From UHGV virus genome UHGV-0112358: DNA of 41,688 nt, one strand, 5' to 3'. Shown here piece after piece: positions 1 through 8,462 of this stretch. The position numbers and the translations under genes are program-made. Positions within the stretch are counted from its first letter, which is position 1, and every line of letters starts with the position of its first letter. Below the pieces are notes generated by a model that made no database searches, was not told the origin of the DNA, and saw nothing but the letters and a program-made list of their open reading frames with translations. The DNA comes from a virus.

Positions 1-50
1 AGGGCAGCCCGGGAACGCATCACCTGCAAAACCTTCTCTTTTACATCCAT
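1..50 (-). CDS. hypothetical protein (partial, runs off window start)
   Basis: ATG at 50..48 overlaps the stop of the upstream gene (ATGA); reading frame open to position 1. Confidence 0.3.
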   Translation of the reverse strand, partial: MDVKEKVLQVMRSRAA

Positions 51-403
51 CATTTTGCCTCCTGCGGCGGTTCTGGTAGCGGCATCCAGTGGGTTACATT
101 GCGGCTCTGTGTTTCGAAAAATTCATCACCATTACGGACGACATCAAAAAACTCACCGTCTCGATATTGCGCATAAAGAACGAATGCGCCATCACATAAA
201 ATAATTACGTGCTGACCATCATCAGGCATTCGCTCACTACAGCTTATCCAACCATCCGGAGTTACCGGAGAGTTGCCAGTCTTACGCATGGCAATCTCCA
301 CGATTTCAACCATATCTCCTGGCGGAATTTTACAATGCTGGCCAAAGCGCCTCTGCTGCCTGGCATACTCGAGGATGTGCTCCAGTTTGGTTCGATTAAT
401 CAT
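50..403 (-). CDS. DUF551-like phage protein
   Basis: 117-aa ORF ending ...THWMPLPEPP, recalled as typical of DUF551 phage proteins; SD AGGGGG before ATG at 403. Confidence 0.55.
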   Translation of the reverse strand: MINRTKLEHILEYARQQRRFGQHCKIPPGDMVEIVEIAMRKTGNSPVTPDGWISCSERMPDDGQHVIILCDGAFVLYAQYRDGEFFDVVRNGDEFFETQSRNVTHWMPLPEPPQEAK

Positions 404-852
404 GATTTATCCCCCTTAAGCATGGCTGCACGGCAGGCGTTCCATCCTCTCACCTCTGCAATAGCGGCAACAGCATCAACCGCGTACATGCTAAGAGGGT
501 TCGGCATTGGTTTTTCTTCCGGCACTACTGGCGCTGGAGGGGCGGCGTATACTTCAATTGTCCCATTATCAATAGGCCACTCCCCATCCTTGATGTAGTC
601 ACTTGTGCCATCGACCTGCTGTTCTGCAATGTGGAAAGCACCTATTGGTTTTGCTTCCAGTGATGCCAGTGCAATCCGTGCCAGCTCACGCACAACTTCC
701 GGCGGCGCGTAACGGTCATTCAGGTCATCCCACAGGCGTAGCATGTTATCGCTACCAGGGTGAACATCCTCGTTAGTTCCGGCAAGCGCACTAATAACCT
801 CATCGGCTGCCTCAATAATTTTCATAGCTTGTTCTCTGGTAATAGTGGTCAT
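400..852 (-). CDS. hypothetical phage protein
   Basis: 150-aa ORF; GAGGA about 8 nt before ATG; tightly packed in minus-strand operon. Confidence 0.5.
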   Translation of the reverse strand: MTTITREQAMKIIEAADEVISALAGTNEDVHPGSDNMLRLWDDLNDRYAPPEVVRELARIALASLEAKPIGAFHIAEQQVDGTSDYIKDGEWPIDNGTIEVYAAPPAPVVPEEKPMPNPLSMYAVDAVAAIAEVRGWNACRAAMLKGDKS

Positions 853-855
853 GTG

Positions 856-1143
856 TTAGTCCTCATCCACTTCAACGCCATCTTTCAGCGTGATGCCGTG
901 CCAATCATCAGCCCAACTGGTTAGCCCTGGCGCATCAATGCTAGGCATATAAACGCTTGCAGTGTGGTAGCCCTTATCGTTATCAATGCTGGCAACGTGC
1001 TCGCCGTTGTATGCGCTCAGCGTGTCTAGGACGCTATAAAACTTTCCTCCGGCTGCCCTGAAATCCTTTACAGCCTTCACAAGGCGATTCCACGCTTTTT
1101 CCTGTTCTGGCGTCAGGTCGATTAATTCCTGCAAAGTTGCCAT
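856..1143 (-). CDS. hypothetical phage protein
   Basis: Internal ATG at 1143 with SD AAGGAGAG, 1 nt after upstream stop; track ORF extends to 1185. Confidence 0.45.
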   Translation of the reverse strand: MATLQELIDLTPEQEKAWNRLVKAVKDFRAAGGKFYSVLDTLSAYNGEHVASIDNDKGYHTASVYMPSIDAPGLTSWADDWHGITLKDGVEVDED

Positions 1144-1144
1144 A

Positions 1145-1852
1145 TCACTCTCCTTTGATGCGAATGCCAGTAGCGCGGATTGCATCGATGACTTCAGAAA
1201 CTTTGTATGCCATTACCGTTTGGTAATCATCGTGAAAATCTGTTCGATGAAGCATGCTGCTACGTTCCGGGAGCGTTATTTCCCGAGCATCCAGTTCCTT
1301 AACGCGTTCCTCCAGTTCGTAGACCCTGCATTGTTCTCTATCATCAATCAGATATAACCCAAGACATTCGCTTTCTACCCAACCGCCAAAATCATGATCG
1401 TAACGCTCACATGAAAACTCACCGTCACCGTCCTTTGTTGGAATGGTGTAACTGTCTAATGGGCCACCGTACGTCGGCACATTTCCTAATGTCGGATGCT
1501 CAATCCACATAAAAAATGCACGTCCGGTTATTGGGCAAATATCTGGCCGCCATTGGTTACGAACAGCGTTGGTTTCTGATAATTCTTCAGCGTGTTGTTT
1601 TACTTCCTCAAGCTCAACACGCAGCTTCCCTACCGTTAGCGCAATATCCTCGTTCTCCTGATCGCGGCTTTTGATGTATTGCAGGTTTCTTTCCCGTTCA
1701 TCCAACAATGCCAGCGCGATATCTGGCGAAAAGTGCTTCATAAAATCGTTAAGCGCATTAATTCGCTGATCGAAAGGCATTACAGGTGCTTCACCAGCAA
1801 TTTTTGTTTTTTCAGCGATTTCACGAAGCTTTTGATAATCAATCTTGCTCAC
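1145..1852 (-). CDS. hypothetical phage protein (possibly Ea22-like)
   Basis: 242-aa track ORF; likely GTG start at 1852 preceded by AAGGAGG and overlapping upstream stop (GTGA). Confidence 0.5.
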   Translation of the reverse strand: MSKIDYQKLREIAEKTKIAGEAPVMPFDQRINALNDFMKHFSPDIALALLDERERNLQYIKSRDQENEDIALTVGKLRVELEEVKQHAEELSETNAVRNQWRPDICPITGRAFFMWIEHPTLGNVPTYGGPLDSYTIPTKDGDGEFSCERYDHDFGGWVESECLGLYLIDDREQCRVYELEERVKELDAREITLPERSSMLHRTDFHDDYQTVMAYKVSEVIDAIRATGIRIKGE

Positions 1853-2016
1853 TGGTTGCCTCCTTTGCGCCACATCGCATTCAGATATTTGTTTTGATTC
1901 ACTGACGGAAAAGAATTTCTCTTAAGTAATTCCTCTCTCGATGGCATTGGCTTTACGCGTTGGCGAATAATCATTTCTGCCGGAAGAATGCCGGGATTGT
2001 ATGCAAGTCCTCTCAT
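1849..2016 (-). CDS. small hypothetical protein (55 aa)
   Basis: In-frame ATG at 2016 with SD GAGGA 7 nt upstream; stop overlaps next start. Confidence 0.35.
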   Translation of the reverse strand: MRGLAYNPGILPAEMIIRQRVKPMPSREELLKRNSFPSVNQNKYLNAMWRKGGNQ

Positions 2017-2026
2017 GGTAAATTCC

Positions 2027-2320
2027 TCAGTCATTACTGATAGCGCCATAGCGTGAGCGGTAATTACGCAGGCGCGGGTCAATTTCAGGGAAGTGGGTAT
2101 ATGTGGCTTTGCGGAATGGTCGGATTGATGTCTGGTAAATTCGCTCGCGTTCTTCTTTCTCTGCAAGCCATATACAATGGCGAAATTCCTTTTCCTCTTT
2201 CGTTTCCTGCGGTAGCGACATTATCCGGTCGTAGTTTTTTCCGAATTTATCCAGCACCTCCAATACGGAATTGCCGGAACAGCGGCGCGGGTCATCCGCA
2301 CCATACAGAGGCGCTGGCAT
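2027..2320 (-). CDS. hypothetical phage protein
   Basis: 97-aa ORF directly downstream of exonuclease gene in same operon. Confidence 0.45.
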   Translation of the reverse strand: MPAPLYGADDPRRCSGNSVLEVLDKFGKNYDRIMSLPQETKEEKEFRHCIWLAEKEERERIYQTSIRPFRKATYTHFPEIDPRLRNYRSRYGAISND

Positions 2321-2336
2321 GTTTTTCTCCTGTTGA

Positions 2337-2884
2337 TTATTTAGCTAACTTTTTCCAGATCGCTGAAACGTATTTGGCTTGGTGAATGGCATCATCAAGC
2401 GCGTTGTGGCGAGTTCCTTTGAATGGCATATCTCGCTTAGGGTCGAATCCTATTGCCTTCCCAAGTTCGACGATTGTTCTTACGTCGCGGTCATTCCACC
2501 ACTGCCACGGAACTGGCTGCCCTGTCAGCGAATAACTGTTGCGGAGAATAACGCAGTCAAATGATGCTCCATTCCCCCAAACCTGAACGAATTTGTGGTT
2601 AGCGTTCTTTATGATGAATTCAGATAACCATGAAAGAGCCGTTGAGAGCTCTTGAGTGTTGCTGGTTAGCGATTTTCTGGCTTCTTCACTCTGTTCCATC
2701 CACCATAAAATCGTTGAAGCGTCAGGACGCGCCCGATATCGCATTGATGACTCAAGCGAGATATTTACCGAGAACTCTTCTCCTGTTTCTCCGGTATTCG
2801 GGTCAAAGAATACCGCCCAATAGAAATAACTGGCGCGTATGGCCCGTTGCCCATTGTTTCAAGGTCAACCATCAAGTGATTCAT
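2337..2884 (-). pseudogene. DnaQ-like (DEDDh) 3'-5' exonuclease, disrupted by 1-nt frameshift near 2813-2821
   Basis: ATG 2884 gives MNHLMVDLETMGNGPYAPVISIG (Exo I D-x-E) then stops after 38 codons; other frame continues AVFFDPNTGE...HNALDDA (Exo III); one missing G in a G-run restores a ~182-aa protein. Confidence 0.6.
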
Positions 2885-2892
2885 GTAAGTCC

Positions 2893-3408
2893 TTAAATTG
2901 CGTGAATAGCGTGACGAGGGAAGGGGAGAGTTACTGGTGCAAAGGGGATGTCGTCGTCAAAATCCATAGGTGGTTCGCTGTGATTTCCCTGCTGCTGAGG
3001 TTGCTGTCTTTGTTGCTGACCATTATTTCGCTGAGGTGAAGACTGTTCATTGCCTCCTTGCTTGCCACCAAGCATTTGCATGGTTCCACCAACGCCCACG
3101 ATGACTTCGGTAGTGAACCGATCCTGTCCGCTTTGATCCTGCCATTTTCTTGTCCGCAATTTGCCTTCAAGATAAACCTCAGAGCCTTTTCGCAGATATT
3201 CGCTGGCAATTTCTGCCAGTTTCCCGCTCATTACCACGCGGTGCCACTCCGTCTGCTCCTTTTGCTCTCCAGTTTGCTTATCACGCCATTGTTCTGACGT
3301 AGCAACGGTAAGGTTTGCAAATGCCGTTCCTGATGGTGAATATCTGATTTCTGGATCATGCCCAAGGCGACCAATAATGATCACCTTATTTACGCCTCTG
3401 CTTGCCAT
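2893..3408 (-). CDS. ssb: single-stranded DNA-binding protein
   Basis: N-terminal OB-fold sequence [20 protein letters not shown]..., Gly/Gln-rich linker, acidic tail DFDDDIPF. Confidence 0.9.
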   Translation of the reverse strand: MASRGVNKVIIIGRLGHDPEIRYSPSGTAFANLTVATSEQWRDKQTGEQKEQTEWHRVVMSGKLAEIASEYLRKGSEVYLEGKLRTRKWQDQSGQDRFTTEVIVGVGGTMQMLGGKQGGNEQSSPQRNNGQQQRQQPQQQGNHSEPPMDFDDDIPFAPVTLPFPRHAIHAI

Positions 3409-4116
3409 TTATGCCGCCTGTTTTAGCTCGTTAACTCTGATGTTCATTACCTGAACGCATTTAGCCTGCGCCTCCTCGTTTCCAGCCATTAATTGCCAGT
3501 CACGCTGATAACGCTCGATGAGTTTTTTCTTGTCAGTTTCTGTTGACGCATAATCGCTGAAGTCTTTCAGGATTTGTTCGCAGTCAACCGATGGAGATTT
3601 CTGGTTGGTATTTTCTGGTGATGGTTTGTTATCTGATGCTGGGATTGCCCATCCCGGCAGTGATGGAGGGAGCCAGTAAAATCCTGTTCCATCCTTCAGT
3701 TTTGCCCTGTGCCACCCCTGCTTTTTATCGAGAGATGTTTGTGCGAAACCTTCCTCAAGGTTATACAGATACCGACCGATTCCCCACTGAACGGCAGCGC
3801 GCTTCATTGCACCGGAACGACCACCTTTGACGGCTTCTACCTGCGTGTTTTCAGCAGCATCCCATTTGGTTACCCATTCGGAATCAATCTTTATTGATAT
3901 GCCGCATTCAACGCCGCCGTTGTTGGGAATATCGCGGTATTCATTGCGCCATCCTGCTTTGCCGCAAACATCGTCCAGGCGTTTCATGATTGCCCGGTTC
4001 GTGACATAAGCCAGCACCATAGCCCACACTTTGCCATCGCGTGTTTTACCGCTTTGCTGTATTCGCCATTCGATATCTTCAGGGCTGAATGGCTCATCGA
4101 ATTTATTCAAATCCAT
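3409..4116 (-). CDS. Rad52/Sak-type single-strand annealing protein
   Basis: 235 aa with motif AAVQWGIGRYLY; SD GAGGTG; position upstream of ssb in recombination module. Confidence 0.7.
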   Translation of the reverse strand: MDLNKFDEPFSPEDIEWRIQQSGKTRDGKVWAMVLAYVTNRAIMKRLDDVCGKAGWRNEYRDIPNNGGVECGISIKIDSEWVTKWDAAENTQVEAVKGGRSGAMKRAAVQWGIGRYLYNLEEGFAQTSLDKKQGWHRAKLKDGTGFYWLPPSLPGWAIPASDNKPSPENTNQKSPSVDCEQILKDFSDYASTETDKKKLIERYQRDWQLMAGNEEAQAKCVQVMNIRVNELKQAA

Positions 4117-4215
4117 AATTCACCTCAGAATGGACACGGCCCAAGGAAATAACGCTGATTTAATACTTCGACTCGGGACAAATTAAGGCATACCCGCATT
4201 CCTTCGCGGTCACCA

Positions 4216-4374
4216 TTATGGCGATACCAGAGAGCTTTCTGCGTGTACATGCGTCTCTGTAACTTGCTCTCCTTCACCGTGGTTGCAAGTGACATGAATA
4301 TCTCCTTCGTTACCGATTAAATCTTTCATCTGACGAATGAATTCTTCGTCTGACCAGTTATCTGTAAAACTCAT
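4216..4374 (-). CDS. small hypothetical protein (52 aa)
   Basis: ATG overlaps Kil-like stop (ATGA); ORF below track cutoff. Confidence 0.3.
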   Translation of the reverse strand: MSFTDNWSDEEFIRQMKDLIGNEGDIHVTCNHGEGEQVTETHVHAESSLVSP

Positions 4375-4523
4375 TTCCTGCGATACCACGGAAGGTTGAT
4401 AGCTGATTTCATCGCTTTATTTGCTTCAAGCCACATTTTTGAATCACCAATAAAGCTGGCTATTACTGCTTTGTTTTGTGCTGCACGAAGCATCTGGTGA
4501 TTGATGGCTATTTCATTGCGCAT
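4371..4523 (-). CDS. kil: Kil-like host-killing peptide (50 aa)
   Basis: MRNEIAINHQMLRAAQNKAVIASFIGDSKMW... resembles recalled lambda Kil (IATFIGDEKM); directly downstream of cIII as in lambda. Confidence 0.45.
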   Translation of the reverse strand: MRNEIAINHQMLRAAQNKAVIASFIGDSKMWLEANKAMKSAINLPWYRRK

Positions 4524-4639
4524 AATAAGACCTCAACTCTTTTCCATCCGTCACGTAATTTACGGGTGATTCGTTCAAGTAAAGATTCATTTAGTTGGAA
4601 GGCACCCATGCGAGCGCCTCCCGCGATTGCGTAAATCAT
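4508..4639 (-). CDS. cIII: cIII-like protease inhibitor (43 aa)
   Basis: MIYAIAGGARMGAFQLNESLLERITRKLRDGWKR matches recalled lambda CIII core; below track cutoff. Confidence 0.75.
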   Translation of the reverse strand: MIYAIAGGARMGAFQLNESLLERITRKLRDGWKRVEVLLCAMK

Positions 4640-4662
4640 GGGTGGTTCCTTATGTTGGTTTA

Positions 4663-5631
4663 TTAGTAGGTTATTTTTGTTGCGAATACTTCGCCTTTTA
4701 CGATGGCTGTTATGATATTTTTAGCAACATCTTCTGATGCGCCAACCTTGATAATGTCAGCAAGTATTTTGTTATTTACTTCTTTCCGGTGAGCTTTATC
4801 CTTTGCTCTACGCTCTTCTTCGTCCTTGATTCTTTTTTCTTCTGCTATTCTGGCTTGCTCTTTTGCTTCAGCCTCGCGCCGGATTCGTTCAGCCTCCTCC
4901 TGTGCTTTTCGGCGTTCTGCTTCAATTGCCGCCTGCTTTTCTCTTTCAGCTCGTTCTGCTGCCTCTTTTGCTTCGCGCTGTGCTCGTTGCTCGGCTTCAA
5001 TGCGTTCACGCTCTGCACGTTCCGCTGCGGCCTTAGCTTCTGCTTCTCGCCTTGCTGCTGCTTCAATTTCGGCTTTTGCCTTTGCTTCGGCTTCTGCTCT
5101 GGCTTTCTCTTCAGCTTCTCTTTTTAAGCGTTCTTCATGCTCTCGCTTTTCCTGCTCCGCTTTGAGTCTTGCCTCTTCTCTTTGGCGGTCAAATTCGCGA
5201 TCCATCAAAATCGCTATTTCATGGTCAGACTCAATTTGCTTTGCGAGAGCTTCAGCTGCTGCCTTAGCTTCTTCTTCGGCTTTAATCCGTGCCTGTTCCT
5301 CCTCATAATCAGTAAGAGGCTGGCGCGCCTTGGCTTTCAGTTCATCAAGGCGATCGCGCACTGTCTTGCGGTTAGCATCAATTAGCTTTGGAATTTCCTT
5401 CAGTTCAGCAACAAGGTCTTTGCCAAGACCATCGAGATATGTTTTCGTCTGCGCAACTTTATACGCCAGAGAAGCGATCTCCTTTCTGCCCTTTGCCGTT
5501 GTGATATCAGGCACAAAGGACATAACTTCACGTTCAACCTTTTGGAGAATTTCTTCAATCTGGTCGGCAGACTGAAATACAGTCATCGCATTTGCTTTTT
5601 CAATAACAACTAAATCTGTTACTTCACTCAT
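4663..5631 (-). CDS. coiled-coil protein with E/A/K/R-rich repeat core, unknown function
   Basis: ATG at 5631 with SD GGAGG; ~170-aa low-complexity charged central region between globular ends; track ORF extends to 5727. Confidence 0.6.
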   Translation of the reverse strand: MSEVTDLVVIEKANAMTVFQSADQIEEILQKVEREVMSFVPDITTAKGRKEIASLAYKVAQTKTYLDGLGKDLVAELKEIPKLIDANRKTVRDRLDELKAKARQPLTDYEEEQARIKAEEEAKAAAEALAKQIESDHEIAILMDREFDRQREEARLKAEQEKREHEERLKREAEEKARAEAEAKAKAEIEAAARREAEAKAAAERAERERIEAEQRAQREAKEAAERAEREKQAAIEAERRKAQEEAERIRREAEAKEQARIAEEKRIKDEEERRAKDKAHRKEVNNKILADIIKVGASEDVAKNIITAIVKGEVFATKITY

Positions 5632-5643
5632 ATATCCTCCATC

Positions 5644-5670
5644 AAAAAAAATCGCCCTCACACTGGAGGG
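5644..5670 (-). terminator. rho-independent terminator inside pL operon (tL-like)
   Basis: Minus strand CCCTC-cagtgt-GAGGG then T8, immediately before the RBS of the coiled-coil gene. Confidence 0.5.
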
Positions 5671-5922
5671 AAAAGAAGATTTCCAATAATCAGAACAAGT
5701 CGGCTCCTGTTTAGTTACGAGCGACATTGCTCACATAGCAGACTCGTAAATCTGCTATAGGCGCTTATTCGCATCGCATGACAACATCAAATTTTTCGAG
5801 ATTACTTTGTCGCAACAATCCTTTTTCTACGCGGTCAGCTTTTCTATAATTATCAAATTAGAAATGTTTAATTACTTCTTTCGTTTCTCGCTCTATAACT
5901 TCAACAATGTATTTCTTATTCA

Positions 5923-6201
5923 TCATTCTTCCCCCAGAGCCTTGCTGATGGCTGCCTTGGCTCGTTTGTATTCGGTTAACTCTCTGCACCCTTCGTCATG
6001 CTCGTAAATGAAGACAAGCTCTTGCAGTGCTTCAAGCAAATCAGGAGCTGCTGCTATCAGTAGCGCATCCTCCCTTTCATTTCTTGTTGCTGCTTCAATG
6101 TATGTGTCACCAATCGTCACACCATGGAACGTAGTCATCATCTCGTTGACGTTTCTAACCGTGTACTTCCATTTACCAGGCGTACCCTTAAACTCTTTCA
6201 T
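5923..6201 (-). CDS. hypothetical protein (92 aa)
   Basis: ATG at 6201 preceded by GAGGTGG; track ORF starts at GTG 6207. Confidence 0.45.
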   Translation of the reverse strand: MKEFKGTPGKWKYTVRNVNEMMTTFHGVTIGDTYIEAATRNEREDALLIAAAPDLLEALQELVFIYEHDEGCRELTEYKRAKAAISKALGEE

Positions 6202-6221
6202 ATCCACCTCTGTTGTTTATG

Positions 6222-6245
6222 CCAAAAATAAAGGCCGACTATGCG
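6222..6245 (-). terminator. rho-independent terminator (tL1-like)
   Basis: Minus strand AGGCCG-catagt-CGGCCT followed by TTTATTTTT. Confidence 0.45.
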
Positions 6246-6253
6246 GCCTGAAA

Positions 6254-6565
6254 TTACTTAACCAATGATGCCGCATATTCAATTAGGAATAACTTAGGTG
6301 CAAGCCAAATCTTCAACCATTCGAAATTGAAGGCAATAATTAAAACACCCATAATTGAGCCAAATATAGGAACAAATACAGTGCATATATCGTAATAAAC
6401 CGAAGATATAAAATGTTCATCATTTGGACGTCCATCGAAAGACGTCCATCTCTCGCCATTATTTCTTGCCGTTCTTGCAAAACTAGGAAGTTTAATTGCT
6501 GCAATTAAAAGCAACAATCCAGCCACTTGGAAAAGTGCGCTATGGACAAAACTCCATATTAGCAA
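6254..6565 (-). CDS. putative small membrane protein, no ATG/GTG start (TTG at 6565)
   Basis: Open frame 6254..6679 directly after N; hydrophobic segments; only in-frame start is TTG without clear SD. Confidence 0.3.
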   Translation of the reverse strand: MLIWSFVHSALFQVAGLLLLIAAIKLPSFARTARNNGERWTSFDGRPNDEHFISSVYYDICTVFVPIFGSIMGVLIIAFNFEWLKIWLAPKLFLIEYAASLVK

Positions 6566-6684
6566 CTGATGAACAACATCAGGAATCTGTGCCTGGCTAA
6601 ATGAAACAGCCGCGTCTATTCCATTGCTGGCTTTTTGCAGTAGTTCTACGAGAATCTTGTTTGCTTGTTCTTCTACATCTCACC

Positions 6685-7020
6685 TCAAATAAGTGGTTTG
6701 CTGCCTAATTTCATTTTTTGGCGACCAACACAAGTCACCCCCATTTCACTGCGTGGCTTGCGGTAGTAAATACGGTTCTGTTTACGCTCGACTTCTTCTG
6801 CCTTCTTGCAGCGAAGGCTTCCGAGTGATGCTGCTTTTTCAGAAAGGCTTAAACGCTTTCTTGGGGCTTCCTGAACAGGTTCCTCACTGTCTGTGCCGAA
6901 GATCGAATCGATGATGTTGCATATAGCATCACGCTCGATAGCCAGCTTTCTGCGCCGCTCATGACGGCGAGTTTTGGCATTTCCTGCAAATGTTGATTTC
7001 CCGTACACGATTACCGTCAT
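6685..7020 (-). CDS. N: N-like transcription antiterminator
   Basis: Arg-rich motif GNAKTRRHERRRKLAIERD (P22 gp24-like) and C-terminus ...GVTCVGRQKMKLGSKPLI (lambda N-like); ATG 7020 with SD GAGGA. Confidence 0.8.
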   Translation of the reverse strand: MTVIVYGKSTFAGNAKTRRHERRRKLAIERDAICNIIDSIFGTDSEEPVQEAPRKRLSLSEKAASLGSLRCKKAEEVERKQNRIYYRKPRSEMGVTCVGRQKMKLGSKPLI

Positions 7021-7139
7021 GATGTTTTCCTCATGTGAAATGGCTTTGGTGGTGATGCGCCAGATGCTGATCTTCTGGTTGCTGTCGTTGCAGCTGCAAT
7101 TCACATCACCGCCAAACCCATCTCGTTTGGTATCTGTTT

Positions 7140-7173
7140 GCGCTTTGTCAGCGCCCCATCGAAGTTAAAGAGC
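7140..7173 (-). promoter_or_regulatory. nutL (boxA GCTCTTTAA, boxB GCGCTGACAAAGCGC)
   Basis: Minus-strand boxA-like then P22-type boxB hairpin between pL and N. Confidence 0.55.
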
Positions 7174-7212
7174 CTGCCAATCTGTTCCGTTTGGCGTCCT
7201 GCTGATGGCTAA

Positions 7213-7243
7213 ATAGTACGATGTGTACTTTATTGAGTCAATA
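7213..7243 (-). promoter_or_regulatory. pL promoter with OL operator dyad
   Basis: Minus strand -35 TTGACT (7241..7236), 17-nt spacer, -10 TACTAT (7218..7213); dyad AGTACGATGTGTACT (7215-7229) in spacer. Confidence 0.4.
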
Positions 7244-7304
7244 CAAAATGTTCTAAATGCGGTTAGTTTTTTATAACACTTTGTATTTTATTGATTTATA
7301 TTTT

Positions 7305-7334
7305 GGAAAAAGAAAACCCGACGCTAAGGTCGGG
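7305..7334 (-). terminator. rho-independent terminator downstream of cI
   Basis: Minus strand CCCGAC-cttagc-GTCGGG followed by TTTTCTTTTT. Confidence 0.5.
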
Positions 7335-7366
7335 TTATTGTTGTGTGTTTTAGAGTGGTGAGGCTG

Positions 7367-8026
7367 TTAACTAAATGTCTCTTCAGGCCACTGGCTGGCG
7401 ATAACTTTCCCTACTACGGAACAGCTATCATTGCATGGGATCATTGGATATTGCGGGTTTAGTGGTTGTAGGAACACCTGACCGCTATCCCTGATCAGTT
7501 TCTTGAAGGTAAACTCGTCACCACCAAGTCTGGCTATGCAGAAATCACCTGGCTCAACAGCCTGCTCAGGGTCAACGAGAATTAACATCCCGTCAGGAAA
7601 GCTTGGCTTGGATCCTGTTGGTGCGGTCATGGAATTACCTTCAACTTCAAGCCAAAACGCACAATCACTGGCTTTTTTGGTTGTGCTGACCCATCTCTCC
7701 GCATCGCCTTTGGTAAAGGTTCTAAGCTCAGGCGAGAACATCCCGGCCTGAACATGAGAAAAAACAGGGTACTCATATTGTTTTTTAACGGGGGCAGATG
7801 AGTATTCGCCAACAGGTGAAAATGTACCGTCGTGGTTGAATGAGACGTTATCAATACCAAGGTATTTAAACACCACACCAATCTCGTCAAGAGATGGATG
7901 ACGAGATCCGCGCAACCAGTGACCAATTCCACCCTGCGTCATACCAAGCTCTTCAGCTAACTTCTCTTGAGTTATGCCGAGCTCTTTCATTCTGGATCTA
8001 GCCAGTTCATACCATTTCATTTTCAT
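7367..8026 (-). CDS. cI: CI-type prophage repressor (HTH N-terminus, lambda-like S24 C-terminal domain)
   Basis: C-terminal half near-identical to recalled lambda CI ([15 protein letters not shown]...GNSM...ASQWPEETF); N-terminal HTH differs; start MKMKW at 8026, track ORF extends to 8101. Confidence 0.9.
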   Translation of the reverse strand: MKMKWYELARSRMKELGITQEKLAEELGMTQGGIGHWLRGSRHPSLDEIGVVFKYLGIDNVSFNHDGTFSPVGEYSSAPVKKQYEYPVFSHVQAGMFSPELRTFTKGDAERWVSTTKKASDCAFWLEVEGNSMTAPTGSKPSFPDGMLILVDPEQAVEPGDFCIARLGGDEFTFKKLIRDSGQVFLQPLNPQYPMIPCNDSCSVVGKVIASQWPEETFS

Positions 8027-8137
8027 ACCCTTATTATTACGCTCTGTACTAAAACCATCCATGCACAAGATGTATTTTTTGTTTGCATTCCAAAAGTACA
8101 TATCGTATTATTGTTTCATGGTTACTATGGAGGGCAT
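8027..8137. promoter_or_regulatory. OR region: pR promoter and candidate operators
   Basis: pR -35 TTGCAT (8083-8088), 17-nt spacer, -10 TATTAT (8106-8111); operator-like dyads ATTACGCTCTGTACT (8036-8050) and AGTACATATCGTATT (8095-8109). Confidence 0.45.
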
Positions 8138-8353
8138 ATGAGCAACCTACGAAAATATCGAGAGTCACTGAATATCTCTCAAACAACACTTGCTAAGGCG
8201 GTTGGATGCACACAGGGAGCTATCGGACATTGGGAATCTGGTCGTCGCTTCCCAGACCTTAAAACATGCCGTGCTCTTGTTGCGTGCCTAAACAAGTTAG
8301 GCGCAAAAGTCAGTCTTGATGACGTGTTCCCACCGGAACACAAAGCCGCTTAA
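8138..8353 (+). CDS. cro: Cro-like HTH repressor
   Basis: 71-aa HTH protein (ISQTTLAKAVGCTQGAIGHWESG) divergent from cI; SD GGAGGG; track ORF starts upstream at 7967. Confidence 0.75.
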   Translation: MSNLRKYRESLNISQTTLAKAVGCTQGAIGHWESGRRFPDLKTCRALVACLNKLGAKVSLDDVFPPEHKAA

Positions 8354-8363
8354 TAAGCGGATC

Positions 8364-8398
8364 CGCTCTTTATCAATCTGCACCGCCGACAACGCGGT
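8364..8398 (+). promoter_or_regulatory. nutR (boxA CGCTCTTTA, boxB ACCGCCGACAACGCGGT)
   Basis: boxA consensus 10 nt after cro stop, then hairpin with GACAA-type loop. Confidence 0.55.
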
Positions 8399-8462
8399 AA
8401 CTAATTAATCACTCATCGAAAGATGAGTATTAGTGATTATTTACCTATGGAAATAGTAAGAA

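Noticed and set aside
4789-5385. Plus-strand ORFs (Ser/Cys/Phe/Leu-rich, 81-160 aa) in the ORF track
   Set aside because: They are antisense to the repetitive coiled-coil gene; the repeat periodicity keeps the opposite strand open and the products are low-complexity with no RBS.
7105-7366. Expected rexAB-type exclusion genes downstream of cI
   Set aside because: No ORF is present; a terminator lies directly after cI, followed by pL and nutL.
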